NCBI GenBank assembly: GCA_963663965.2
Contig: CAXXFK010000020.1
Coordinates: 128,001-192,000 of the forward strand
DNA: 64,000 bases
Reading direction: 5' to 3'
From: Sedimentisphaerales bacterium
Lineage (GTDB): Bacteria > Planctomycetota > Phycisphaerae > Sedimentisphaerales > SM23-30
The notes below the pieces were generated by a model. That model saw only the letters and a list, made by a program, of their open reading frames with translations. It was not told the origin of the DNA and ran no database searches. Position numbers and translations under genes: made by a program. This document shows, piece after piece, positions 48,630 through 58,524 of this stretch; positions within the stretch are counted from its first letter, which is position 1; each line of letters begins with the position of its first letter.

Positions 48630-49578
48630 TTTTGGACTCCTGTTGAGGTAGGTGTTTCAGCCATAAATTATAAGCCTGTTGGATGGATTCGAACTCTATG
48701 ACACCATCCCAGACCGCAACCGCATATGTCAGTCTTAATGACTCATCATCAGTCAATGTAAGTGGCTCTGTATGGTATTTCAGGGTAGCCGAAAGATAGG
48801 CAAATGGTTCCTTCATGGTAAACCAGGTGGCCGCCCGGGGATTGCCAGGACTATCAAACATGGCCACCGTAACCGGATGGTTATCCCCCTGCGCGGTATA
48901 AGCACACCAGCGCCCGGCCATCAAACGTTCCTCACCTCGAAAAATCACCCCCGGATCACCTGCTTCATTAAAAAAGCGGCCTGTTTTATCCATACCCGGC
49001 ACAAACCGCATCCCGACGCCATAATAGTGACTGCCGGAGATTGAGGACTGCTTTTTGCCATCGGGAAGACGCAGGCAGGACGACCAGGTTAGCAGGTTAT
49101 AATCGGCGGCAGATTGAAAACTCAGCGTTCTTTTTTCAGCGAGCATTGGATCCTTGTCAGCCGGTCCAATCCATTTCAGGCTCTCTTCGAAAGCAGCCTG
49201 CGCCTCTTTATCCGACGGCAAAACCCGTATCGGTCCAAGTTGCTGATGGATCTGTTTGCCGGCGTTGTCCAATTCGCTCCAGAACTCTGTCTGATCAATC
49301 GCCAAACCGAACATCAGGCCGCGATGGTGAATATGGTCCGGAGGACTATCCAGCAGAATGTTGACACCCGATGGTGTTGTTAATGTTTTAACATAGGGTT
49401 TGTAGGGCGCATCGCCATAGCGATAGGATAATACCGTACAGCCCGCCGAATCCAGTGACAGGGTATTGGCTTCAACAATCATCCGCATGGTGGAACGCTC
49501 AGGCGGGGCGTCAGAATAACCATGGTTTGATAGCGTTACGCCCAGCAGCATCAAAGCGACAAGATATCTTAGAGTCAT
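48622..49578 (-). CDS. Secreted DUF6807 ('PmoA family') protein
   Basis: Signal peptide from MTLRYL (GGGAG RBS); KPYV..LTTPSG...DSPPDHIHHRGLMFG, HYYGVGMRF, FDSPGNP..TWF. Commonly paired with Gfo/Idh/MocA in planctomycetes. Confidence 0.75.
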   Translation of the reverse strand: MTLRYLVALMLLGVTLSNHGYSDAPPERSTMRMIVEANTLSLDSAGCTVLSYRYGDAPYKPYVKTLTTPSGVNILLDSPPDHIHHRGLMFGLAIDQTEFWSELDNAGKQIHQQLGPIRVLPSDKEAQAAFEESLKWIGPADKDPMLAEKRTLSFQSAADYNLLTWSSCLRLPDGKKQSSISGSHYYGVGMRFVPGMDKTGRFFNEAGDPGVIFRGEERLMAGRWCAYTAQGDNHPVTVAMFDSPGNPRAATWFTMKEPFAYLSATLKYHTEPLTLTDDESLRLTYAVAVWDGVIEFESIQQAYNLWLKHLPQQESKNE

Positions 49579-49861
49579 TTCGTATCTCCCTGCAGTCAGG
49601 TAATTCCAGAACACAATCTGACCGATAGCAAACCTCTGACATCAATTTTGCCGCTGGACATATCCATGTCAAGATGATTTCGGAAAATAATTTTGGTATC
49701 CGTATCGCATAGCTGACAGCATTGTTGTTTCTTTGTTATCGAGCGACTCACAAAACGTCATCTCGATTCAGCAACCGACTGATAAAACAGCAGTTAATCG
49801 CACCCGGGCCAAGGTCAGACAACGACTGGCCTCCTGACTTCTACTGCGCCGCCAGGTACAT

Positions 49862-49895
49862 AAAAAAACCCCGGAAGAGGTGGGCCTTCCGGGGT
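49862..49895 (-). terminator. Intrinsic terminator
   Basis: Stem ACCCCGGAAG/CTTCCGGGGT with a T-tract on the minus strand. Confidence 0.85.
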
Positions 49896-49968
49896 CCGAT
49901 TAATGAATAATGCTGGAAGTTGTACGAAATAGAGAAGAAAGTAGAACAGCATTATTCAGGGTTTGCTT

Positions 49969-52332
49969 TTAATCGACCAGCCAATTGGCCGCCATGATAG
50001 CCAGATCGCTCAGATCCACAACGCCATCGTTGTTCAGATCGGCAACGTTGATCTTGTTTATGGCAACATACAGGTCGCTGTGGGTGACATACCCGTCGCC
50101 ATCGATATCGCCATCGGCAAAACCTTTGCCATAAGCGGTATAGTCGATATTGGCCATGATGATGTCCAGGTCGGCTTGATTCATCATGCCGTCCAGGTTG
50201 ACATCGCCCAGGCAGGTACCCAGGATATCTTCAACGATAACCTTTACGTCGCGGATATCGACAATCAGGTCGGCGTTCATATCGCAGCTCAGGTCCATAT
50301 ACACCGCGTCATCCAGATCGCTCCAGTCCAGGGCGGCGATCATCGAACCGTCAACCGGCGGAACCGTACCCAGAGCCGTATACATCAACCCTTTGCGGGC
50401 AATCATCTGGACATAGCTGATATCTGCCGCGTCAACGATACCATCGGCGCCTTCAGGAGCGTCACCCGGAGTGGTGGCATTCCCGGCCACGTCAGCCATA
50501 CTGTCGCCGGCTTTGTAGGCGCCAACTGCCAGAGTGGCGCCGAACAGGTTACCGCCGGTAGCGGCAGTATCCACCATCATGAACCCTTTGGCGCGGTTAA
50601 GGCTGCCGCCGTCCATGGCCAGACCATCGGCAAAATAACGGACGTCGTCAATATCGAATACGCCATTGCCATCAAAATCGCCAATCACATCGGGAATCAA
50701 TGTCTTGTCGCTCTCGGCCGCGGCAAAACCATTGGGATCTTGCAGGGCTTTGACCATTTTGGCAATATCATCCACATTGCGGGCAAAGTCACCATTAAAG
50801 TCACCGGCGATACGGTTACGAACCTCTAACACAACTCCAGCGGCGTAAACGTCGCCAGCCAGATCCTTATAGGAGCCTTGAACGCGTTTGGGTGTCAAAC
50901 CGGCAGTATTGATTGAACCGAATGCGGGAACGTTCAGGGTCGTATTGTTTAAAATGTAGGCCTGTAATGACCCAACGACGCTGGCATTAGCAACCAGATT
51001 GGATGGATTGTTTTCCGCCGGCAGATAATCGATGGCGGACATCAGGGTAAAGTCACGAGCCAGCATCTGGCCGGGCATATAATTTTCTTCGGTGGCGTTT
51101 TCGCCGGAAATCACCAGACTTTCGAAATGATCAATACTATACAAAATATTCTGAATAAAATCGGCCGCGTGAGGATTGTGCAGATTCGTGCGTACCGCAG
51201 GATCACCCACTGTCGCGAAGGTTTCGATACCGCCAACGGCGTAACCGCCCGCGGTTGGATTATTGTGCAGAATATTCTCAATACCGGGTCGAACCGGGCC
51301 ATATCCCATATCGACATTCAGAATTTCATACTTGCCGGCTGCGGCGTCCAGGGCAGAACGGCTGGCGCCCATCAAGCCGGTATAACCAACGGCCAGACGG
51401 CGGTTTTGAACGATATTTTCCATCACGGAAGAGCCGCCCAGGTTCGCCGCGTCATATCGATTGCCCAGAATCGCGGCATTGGAATCAGACTGTTTGGCGC
51501 CAACATTATCGCCACGTCCCCAGCTGGGATCAACCCCGATCGAGTTCATCGAACCATTACGGGTACCCGAACCGCTGTCACGAGTGGCGGCGGCCAGGTT
51601 TTCTCCACTGGGCAAACGACCGGTTACATACAGGTGCTGCAATTCGGCCTTGGTAATGTTTTCCAAACCGGTACCCCGGTTGGCAATGAAGGTGATGGGG
51701 ACATAGGCGATCTGGGTGTCGAAAATCGTATATTGATCCGGATCGCTGGTATTGGTATTCAAACTTCCAATCGTCTTCAGGTTGTTGCTCAATCCGCTGT
51801 CCCAGGCCTTGAAAATATTCAAACCATAACCGGTTTCAGTGGGCTTGCGGCTCCAGAATCCCTGACCGGGTTCACCTACATAGGCAAACCATTTGGTCGG
51901 AACATCCATCACGGCAATATCGATGCGGTTGGGAGCCACCGCATATTTCCCGGTAGTAAATTTGGTATGATTAATATAACTGTCTTCTGAAACGTCTTTC
52001 AGTTTGGAGGGATCAGGCACACCCATGTAATAAGCGACCATATCCGCCAGACCGGTGCCAGAACCCACACCGCGATGCTGCATGATCCAGTGGGTGTTGA
52101 CCAGGTCGTTTTGGACGGCCAGCTGATCCAGCTGAGGGTATCCCCCCACAATCTGGAATCCTTTAATGCCATCCCCATCGACATCCATCGCATCATTCGT
52201 GGATGAGTTGGCCTTGAAAAAATCACCGAACAGGGTCGCGCCACTGGTGTTCACCTGATACGGCTGAGCCATCACGGCCACATTCAGCGCCAGCAGGGCG
52301 CTTACAACTGCAATTGAATTCATTTTTCTCAT
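49969..52332 (-). CDS. Secreted protein with PstS/PBP-like N-terminal domain and multiple dockerin-like EF-hand repeats
   Basis: Signal peptide; SGATLF, GVGSGTG, VPITFIAN, ITKAELQHLY..G and TRDSGSGTRN (PBP-like). Repeated GDFNGD/GDVNLDG/ADLNNDG..DL..MAANWL. Confidence 0.75.
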   Translation of the reverse strand: MRKMNSIAVVSALLALNVAVMAQPYQVNTSGATLFGDFFKANSSTNDAMDVDGDGIKGFQIVGGYPQLDQLAVQNDLVNTHWIMQHRGVGSGTGLADMVAYYMGVPDPSKLKDVSEDSYINHTKFTTGKYAVAPNRIDIAVMDVPTKWFAYVGEPGQGFWSRKPTETGYGLNIFKAWDSGLSNNLKTIGSLNTNTSDPDQYTIFDTQIAYVPITFIANRGTGLENITKAELQHLYVTGRLPSGENLAAATRDSGSGTRNGSMNSIGVDPSWGRGDNVGAKQSDSNAAILGNRYDAANLGGSSVMENIVQNRRLAVGYTGLMGASRSALDAAAGKYEILNVDMGYGPVRPGIENILHNNPTAGGYAVGGIETFATVGDPAVRTNLHNPHAADFIQNILYSIDHFESLVISGENATEENYMPGQMLARDFTLMSAIDYLPAENNPSNLVANASVVGSLQAYILNNTTLNVPAFGSINTAGLTPKRVQGSYKDLAGDVYAAGVVLEVRNRIAGDFNGDFARNVDDIAKMVKALQDPNGFAAAESDKTLIPDVIGDFDGNGVFDIDDVRYFADGLAMDGGSLNRAKGFMMVDTAATGGNLFGATLAVGAYKAGDSMADVAGNATTPGDAPEGADGIVDAADISYVQMIARKGLMYTALGTVPPVDGSMIAALDWSDLDDAVYMDLSCDMNADLIVDIRDVKVIVEDILGTCLGDVNLDGMMNQADLDIIMANIDYTAYGKGFADGDIDGDGYVTHSDLYVAINKINVADLNNDGVVDLSDLAIMAANWLVD

Positions 52333-52527
52333 AGTCCATCCTTTCGGAATTTGAAGGAATATAACACATTACTTTTTTACATCAGACATCGGGAACCATC
52401 CGCCAGAATCTCTCATTTTGAAATCGGCAACCTCCTTTCGCGTATCGTGAGTTCAGGTTTTCTCATAGCTCGTCTCGAAAATAAAATCTCTTTTCTCGTC
52501 CACAAAGCAAGTTTACACCCGTGTGAC

Positions 52528-53580
52528 TTATTTCGGCCGCGCGTAAATAACTTTCGAGGCGCCCGACAGGGTATAAAACTTCTGCCCCCACATGCGTTGT
52601 TTGATCGTCTCGACAACATGCAGATTACTGACATGTCCGTCCAGATACACATAGTTGGCATTACCGCCCAGATCGGCGCCCAACTGCCCCTTATAATTAG
52701 TCGGCGGATGATGCCGGCCAACGGCATTCAATGGATGGGCGTTGACTCCCGTAATCAAATCCCCCAACGTATCGAGCTGATCGACCGGGACAATGCCAAG
52801 GTCAACCTGTTGATCCATCCCACACGTAAAATAACCGCCCGAATCGCTGTAGATCTGATTGATCGCGGTACTGCCCAGGCTGGTGAATGGCGTAATCGGA
52901 CGATGGCTTTTGACCAGATAAGAACTGCTCGAGAGTTCGGAGATCGCTTTCCAGTTCTTATTGAAATCCGCAGCCAGAATGACATTCGACGGCATTCTGA
53001 CCATCGAACTGCGCGCCAGCACATTCACGCGCGGACCGCCAAAGGCGGATTGCGCGCTGAACTTGTTTCGAGGCACCAACGCGGCATTGGCGCCATACCC
53101 AATACGGGGCGCCTGGCGATCTTCCACCTGGGCATTGGCGTAACTGGTTCGAGTTATGCCATTCTGATCGTACATTTCATCTTCCCAGTAGGTGTCTTTT
53201 GCCGGCCCCGGATTCGTGCGCGGCGCTCCCCCATTGCGCATGCCGGGACATTCGAACGCATCGGGATCGACCTGGCCGCCGGAGAACATAAAATACGACC
53301 AGTGCAGGTATCCGCCCGGATGGTTCAGATCGTTGTTATTGACATTCCCGCCGGCATCCAGATATTGATAAGACGGCGGCAAGGTGTCCTGATATTCGGT
53401 GAGATAGCCGGCCACGGCCTGTCCCACACTTTTCAGATTGGCCATGCACTTTACCGATTTGGCCGATTCGCGCGCTTTGCCCAGCGCCGGCATCAAAATA
53501 CTGATCAGCAATGCGATGATCGAAATGACTACGAGCAATTCGATCAAAGTGAATCCTTTCACACGAATAAGTTTCTTCAT
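52528..53580 (-). CDS. Prepilin-type N-terminal cleavage/methylation protein (DUF1559-like, H-X-DG C-terminal motif)
   Basis: KGFTLIELLVVISIIALLISILMPALGKARESAKSVKCMANLK; FECPG; RHH...GGNANYVYLDGHV. Confidence 0.92.
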   Translation of the reverse strand: MKKLIRVKGFTLIELLVVISIIALLISILMPALGKARESAKSVKCMANLKSVGQAVAGYLTEYQDTLPPSYQYLDAGGNVNNNDLNHPGGYLHWSYFMFSGGQVDPDAFECPGMRNGGAPRTNPGPAKDTYWEDEMYDQNGITRTSYANAQVEDRQAPRIGYGANAALVPRNKFSAQSAFGGPRVNVLARSSMVRMPSNVILAADFNKNWKAISELSSSSYLVKSHRPITPFTSLGSTAINQIYSDSGGYFTCGMDQQVDLGIVPVDQLDTLGDLITGVNAHPLNAVGRHHPPTNYKGQLGADLGGNANYVYLDGHVSNLHVVETIKQRMWGQKFYTLSGASKVIYARPK

Positions 53581-53818
53581 TTGGATCTCCCTGAATAATG
53601 TTCTTTAATAAAATAGCAGTTCAACTTATATTCCATTTAGACGATCTATATATAACTCTTTAATCCTTTGCTGGTTTGACAGGCTTCGATTTCAGCCCTT
53701 GTCAATTCATGGCCGCACCAGATACTACCCACAAATCGCAGTTTTATGCATGCCATAGACAAGGCTGTTCTTTATGGATGATCATGTTAAAATTCAAAAG
53801 GAAGCATAAGCCCGCCAT

Positions 53819-53856
53819 GTTCCGCTATGATTAATGACCGATTAGAATGAAGTTAA
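53819..53856 (-). promoter_or_regulatory. Possible PhoB/OmpR-type tandem boxes
   Basis: Minus strand TTAAC, CTAAT, TTAAT and GGAAC at exactly 11-bp spacing, with TATGCT about 10 nt downstream. Confidence 0.35.
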
Positions 53857-54116
53857 TTTTAGACACCTCGACCGGCCTTCAAAAGCACCTATCTTATATA
53901 TAGATATTTATGGCAGGTATTATCTTCTATATTTTACGGGTCCCATAAAACGCTATTCTTATTTTAACCAAACACTTGCTTAACAAATTCGAGTTATACT
54001 CTGAGTAGATTATTAGGGATTTGTACAAAACATGGACAATCCTGCCGGGCTATGACAGAATATTAATAAAATTCCAATGTCAGTACACAACCGGATCCAT
54101 AGGCAAGGAATACGCA

Positions 54117-54380
54117 ATGACTAATCTTAAATTCAATCTGGCCACTACGGTCAGAAAAGACCTGATCAATTTACACGAACTGATTCACCGGGCCGGTGAT
54201 CATCTCGAAGACGATCATTATCAACAGGCTGCGGATGTATTGCAGGATGCGATCAAGCCGCTCATCTTCCTGATTGGCAAACTGCGCCAGGAAAATATTA
54301 CCCGGGAGCGCCTGGTGGGTAACATGCCCGGCCGGGATTTAACTATAATGAAGTGCATATCAGACAAACTGTGTGTCTGA
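54117..54380 (+). CDS. Small helical hypothetical protein, paralog 1
   Basis: AAGGA RBS before MTNLKFNL; strong similarity to 55215-55481. Confidence 0.75.
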   Translation: MTNLKFNLATTVRKDLINLHELIHRAGDHLEDDHYQQAADVLQDAIKPLIFLIGKLRQENITRERLVGNMPGRDLTIMKCISDKLCV

Positions 54381-54424
54381 TTCCCGACAACGGCGCCTTT
54401 TCACAATGGAACAGGAGTATTTGG

Positions 54425-54631
54425 GTGTCAACGACCATTACCTGCACGCGGTGTTTTTGTTGCCTATTGATTACCGGCAATTTTTTGGAATACAGCGTGA
54501 CCTGCCCATTTTGCGGAAGGGAACTGCCGGTTTCCGGTCACTTCGAAGACCTTAATCTGGAGGATGAATATGCATTAATCCCAGATGGCTTTGACGGCTC
54601 TGATTGGAGTTTTGAAGACGTGTTGAATTGA
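54425..54631 (+). CDS. Small zinc-ribbon protein with acidic tail
   Basis: AGGAG 7 nt before GTG 54425; CTRC...CPFCG; D/E-rich C-terminus. Confidence 0.6.
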   Translation: MSTTITCTRCFCCLLITGNFLEYSVTCPFCGRELPVSGHFEDLNLEDEYALIPDGFDGSDWSFEDVLN

Positions 54632-54714
54632 CCAGGCGGGCGGTACCATTTCTTGTCCTGGATCGAGACCAGACCGTTAGCCTCCTTGTTAACGGCAATA
54701 ACACCTACTTAATC

Positions 54715-54818
54715 TATCCCCAATGGGTATAAAAATTCCCGATCGCTTGCAAGATAAGTATCTGCCCGTGTAGAAGTTATACACGGGCCTGCGAGCGTTT
54801 TCAATTGTAACCAGTACA
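54715..54818 (+). mobile_element. MITE-like repeat, family A, copy 4 (104 bp)
   Basis: TATCCCCAATGGGTATAAAAATTCCCGATCGCTTGCAAGATAAG...GCGTTTTCAATTGTAACCAGTACA. Confidence 0.8.
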
Positions 54819-55214
54819 AATTCCCCCTGACTATTGGAATCCTGATACGGCTCTATTGCTAACGAGTAGGAATAAAGGGCATCTCTAACAATTCATTTTG
54901 GGCTGTAAACGGTCTGATTTTCTTCTGAACTGCGTCAACAAGAACCGTGAATATGACAAATATGCCCGTTTTTTGTTCCTTGCCCGAGAAAAATACCCCA
55001 CGCTTTCGCCTTTAAAACTATTTTCAGGGGCACCTTTAAAATCAACAAATTTTTTACATTATCCGAACTACTTTTCAATTATATACGTTATATAATTAGT
55101 ATAGAGACTTGAAAATTAATTTGAACGGGCTATGGCCAATCCGATGATGATAAAGCCTGATACTCAAGAACTCCCAGTGTTTGAAGGCAGCGGATTAACG
55201 GCGAGGATAACGCT

Positions 55215-55481
55215 ATGACAAATATCAAGTTCAATCTGTCTACCCCGGCTAAAAAAGATCTGGTCGAATTGCACGAACTGATCCATCGCGCCGGTGATTG
55301 TCTGGAGGATGATCAGTACCAGCATGCCGCTGATGTATTGCAGGATGCCATTAAACCCCTTATTTTCCTGATCGGTAAATTGCGACAGGAAAAGATCGCC
55401 GGGGACAATTGTTTCAATAGGCCATCCAACCGTAATATTAAAGAATGGATTCAGCAGCCGGACGAAGAAGTTTACGCCTGA
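55215..55481 (+). CDS. Small helical hypothetical protein, paralog 2
   Basis: GAGG RBS; shares LHELIHRAGD.LEDD.YQ.AADVLQDAIKPLIFLIGKLRQE with paralog 1. Confidence 0.75.
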   Translation: MTNIKFNLSTPAKKDLVELHELIHRAGDCLEDDQYQHAADVLQDAIKPLIFLIGKLRQEKIAGDNCFNRPSNRNIKEWIQQPDEEVYA

Positions 55482-55572
55482 TCAAACAAACACCGAGATG
55501 TTTTTTCACTCTTTGATCAAAATCAAAGGGCCTGCTGTGTCAGGGTTTTAATTCAAATTCCACAATGCCTGA

Positions 55573-56913
55573 TTATTCCACCTGTATGGAAAGATTATTC
55601 GTTTCGGTACGATAACCACCGCCTAGAGTGCCGTTAAGAATAAAATTCTCACTGCGATATCCGCCTGACATCCCAAATCCGCCATATCCGGAACGACGAC
55701 CGCTGCTATAGCCGCCACTGCCATAACCGACTCGCGCGGAGCCCATCCCGCCAAAGCCGCCATAACCGCCGCCACTCCGGCCACCCATCATGCCACGGCC
55801 GCCATAACCGCCCATGCCGCCCATGCCGCCGCCCATACCGCCCATACCGCCTCCCATACCGCCCATACCCATCCCCATACTCGACATTGGCGAAGTCTCG
55901 ATCAGATCGGCTATATAATGAGACTTGAATTGATAGTCATCCGTCTCTGAAGCCACCTTGATCACTACGATCCCATCATCATCCACTTTATAAGTCGCGC
56001 GACCGGTTTTACCTCCCGAGATATATTCCAGCGATTTACGTAAAACCGTGCCCGGTGTGACATCCTGCAGGCTCATGGTCACTGGATCATCTTCCAGAAT
56101 ACCGACCACGGATAGCTCATTCCAGTTGGCGACGATATTCAACCCGGTTTTCGCCCGGACTTGCGAAATCACTTCGCTGATTGGGGTATCCTGATAATTT
56201 ACTGTCATTCCCCTGGCCACGGCTACTGTCTGCTTCGGGGCCTGGGCCGGTAATGGCATGGCGGCAATACGATTGGCCAGGTTCTGCCGCTGCTCGGCGG
56301 GCACTTCACTTAAACTCCGCGGCGCTGACGATGAGGCCGCCATAACAGGAGTGGCGGCCTTGGTAAAACTACCCAGACGCTCAAGCAGCCAGCGGGCCTG
56401 GTAATTCCCCGGCTCAAGCGCGATCACCTGATTGAGAGTCGCCATCGCGGCCTCTTTCTGGCCGGCTTCAATCTGCTGGGTTGCCTGGCCGTACAATTCC
56501 CCGATCTTTCGCTGGCGCTCGATCTCCTGAGACTGGGTTCGAATCTCATTTTCTTTACGAGATTTTTCGATAATCTGCTGCAGCCGATCCGCCCGATATT
56601 GGGTATACTCCGTCTGGATAGATTCGTGCCATTGAGAAATCCTGGCCGAATAATTCCGGTAAGCCTCATCTCCTAATATCGTCCGGTTCCGGTCCAGATC
56701 GTCGGAGACCACCCTGATCTGAGCCAAAGCGGATTCGTAATCGCCCCCGCTTGTCGCCTTCTGAACCAGCGCCTGGCTTTGCTGCAATTTATCCGTAAAG
56801 GCTTTTTCCCGTTCCTGGCGAATGGACTGGGCATCGACGGCCATCAGGTTATAACTCATTGATAACAAGACTGTTAAAACGAATAATCGGATAGGTTTGG
56901 ACAGGATATTCAT
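55573..56913 (-). CDS. Secreted coiled-coil/TPR protein with STN-like (secretin N-terminal) domain and Gly/Met-rich tail
   Basis: GGGAG RBS, signal peptide, TPR-like LNQVIALEPGNYQA, VNYQDTPISEVI...NIVANWNEL..VG..DDPVTMSL, YIADL, GGMGG repeats. Confidence 0.65.
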   Translation of the reverse strand: MNILSKPIRLFVLTVLLSMSYNLMAVDAQSIRQEREKAFTDKLQQSQALVQKATSGGDYESALAQIRVVSDDLDRNRTILGDEAYRNYSARISQWHESIQTEYTQYRADRLQQIIEKSRKENEIRTQSQEIERQRKIGELYGQATQQIEAGQKEAAMATLNQVIALEPGNYQARWLLERLGSFTKAATPVMAASSSAPRSLSEVPAEQRQNLANRIAAMPLPAQAPKQTVAVARGMTVNYQDTPISEVISQVRAKTGLNIVANWNELSVVGILEDDPVTMSLQDVTPGTVLRKSLEYISGGKTGRATYKVDDDGIVVIKVASETDDYQFKSHYIADLIETSPMSSMGMGMGGMGGGMGGMGGGMGGMGGYGGRGMMGGRSGGGYGGFGGMGSARVGYGSGGYSSGRRSGYGGFGMSGGYRSENFILNGTLGGGYRTETNNLSIQVE

Positions 56914-57310
56914 GATTGTCTCCCTGTTTTATACTTTGAACCGCGGATTTGCGGCCCAGGCTACAGTTAATTTTGTTATCGGTTGCTAGAGAAGCATCGG
57001 CAGGCGTTATGAAGGATATTTACTATAATATTATACCTCAATCTTCCACTTTAAGCCACCTCTCTTTAGTTTATCGCACAATTCTCATAGATATAAATGG
57101 TTCTTGCTTTTAATAATGCCTTAATTACAAATAAGTTATGATAAATAATCTTCCCCTGGCTCTCAAAAGCCTCCCATTTTTCCTAAATCTGACTCTGGTA
57201 TTAATCACATTAGATATTTCTAATCAGAGGTACCCGACCAATCCCATTTGACTATAATATGAAAAATATCAGCATCCAATATTGTAACCTGCTTAAGAAC
57301 GAAATTAAAA

Positions 57311-58156
57311 ATGCCTGAATTACCCGAAGTAGAACATGTGGCCGCCGGACTGCGAACGGAAATCCTGAACAGCATCATCGATAAGATTACCGTTCACACA
57401 CCGGTGATTGTTAAAAGTCCCCGATTGACCAACTGGCAGGCGGAATTGAACAGCTACGCCGGTCAGAGGATCAGCGAGATATCCCGCCGGGCCAAGCGCT
57501 TGATCCTGACAATTGCGCCCAACCGGATCCTGATCGTACAGCTTGGGATGACCGGTCGTTTCATGCTGTACCGTACCGGCCAGTCGCATCTGAAACATAC
57601 CCATTTTTCCATTCATATCCGTGATGGCCGCCGACTGGATTTTGTGGATCCGCGCCGCTTTGGCTGGCTCTGGATTCTGGGCCCGGTTGTGGGAAACCTC
57701 GAATCTATCATGGAACAAGTTGGCTTTGGCAAACTTGGCCCCGAACCCTTTAACCTGAAACCGTCCCGTTTTAACACCATTCTCCAGAGCGAACGCCCCA
57801 TTAAAAACCTGCTGCTCGACCAGACCCGGATCGCCGGCCTGGGTAACATTTACGCGGATGAATCCCTGTTTGCCGCCGGTATCGATCCCCGCTCTGTCAG
57901 TTGCCGGATTCCACCCGACCGGGTCGAAACGCTGCGCCGAGCCATTCCCAAGATCCTGCGCCGCTCCATCCGCAACGGTGGAACGACTTTCAGTGACTTC
58001 CACAATCCCTATGGCGAACCCGGCCGTTTTCTTAACCTGCTGCAAGTGTACGGCCGCGAAGCTAAACCCTGCCAAACCTGCCGGACTCCCATCCAACGCA
58101 CTGTCCTGTCCAACCGCAGCGCCCATTTCTGTCCGGCTTGCCAGATACAATATTAA
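57311..58156 (+). CDS. mutM: Formamidopyrimidine-DNA glycosylase
   Basis: MPELPEVE, RRAK, LGMTG, DPRRFG, LLDQ..IAGLGNIYADE, C-terminal CxxC...CxxC zinc finger. Confidence 0.97.
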   Translation: MPELPEVEHVAAGLRTEILNSIIDKITVHTPVIVKSPRLTNWQAELNSYAGQRISEISRRAKRLILTIAPNRILIVQLGMTGRFMLYRTGQSHLKHTHFSIHIRDGRRLDFVDPRRFGWLWILGPVVGNLESIMEQVGFGKLGPEPFNLKPSRFNTILQSERPIKNLLLDQTRIAGLGNIYADESLFAAGIDPRSVSCRIPPDRVETLRRAIPKILRRSIRNGGTTFSDFHNPYGEPGRFLNLLQVYGREAKPCQTCRTPIQRTVLSNRSAHFCPACQIQY

Positions 58157-58164
58157 TGGATGGA

Positions 58165-58524
58165 TTACTCTTTTTTTAACAGGCCGGCCAGTTCCGCTAC
58201 ACGCAACTCCAATCTCTTGATCTCGCGCTTGAGGTTATTACGATTAATGATCTGCCAGGCCAGCACCTTTACCAATCCAACCCAGCCACACATCACCAGA
58301 AAAATAGTCGCATGCATTAACTGGTACGTAATCCCCTCAACCCGAAAAAACATGATCCCGCTATAAATAGCGACGCCCATGCAAGCGATCCCCCAGGCCC
58401 AGATCGTTATCACAATCGACATCATTCGCCGGTTATAAAAGTCGCGAACCATCGCCATCAGGCCATCTTCTTTGCTGTCATCATAAATATCATCCATCAT
58501 CTGTTGTAACCGTTCATCTTTCAT
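58165..58524 (-). CDS. Two-TM membrane protein (DUF6768-like), putative anti-sigma factor
   Basis: Overlaps the ECF gene; AAGGAG RBS; two TM helices; REIKRLELRVAEL tail. Confidence 0.7.
   Translation of the reverse strand: MKDERLQQMMDDIYDDSKEDGLMAMVRDFYNRRMMSIVITIWAWGIACMGVAIYSGIMFFRVEGITYQLMHATIFLVMCGWVGLVKVLAWQIINRNNLKREIKRLELRVAELAGLLKKE

Noticed and set aside
48622..49578. Particulate methane monooxygenase subunit
   Set aside because: A soluble secreted protein of the misleadingly named 'PmoA family'; no pmoCAB context or multiple TM helices.
49963..53598. Long plus-strand ORFs (288, 287 and 415 aa)
   Set aside because: Antisense shadows of well-supported minus-strand genes, as with 8543-9469 and 27369-28145.
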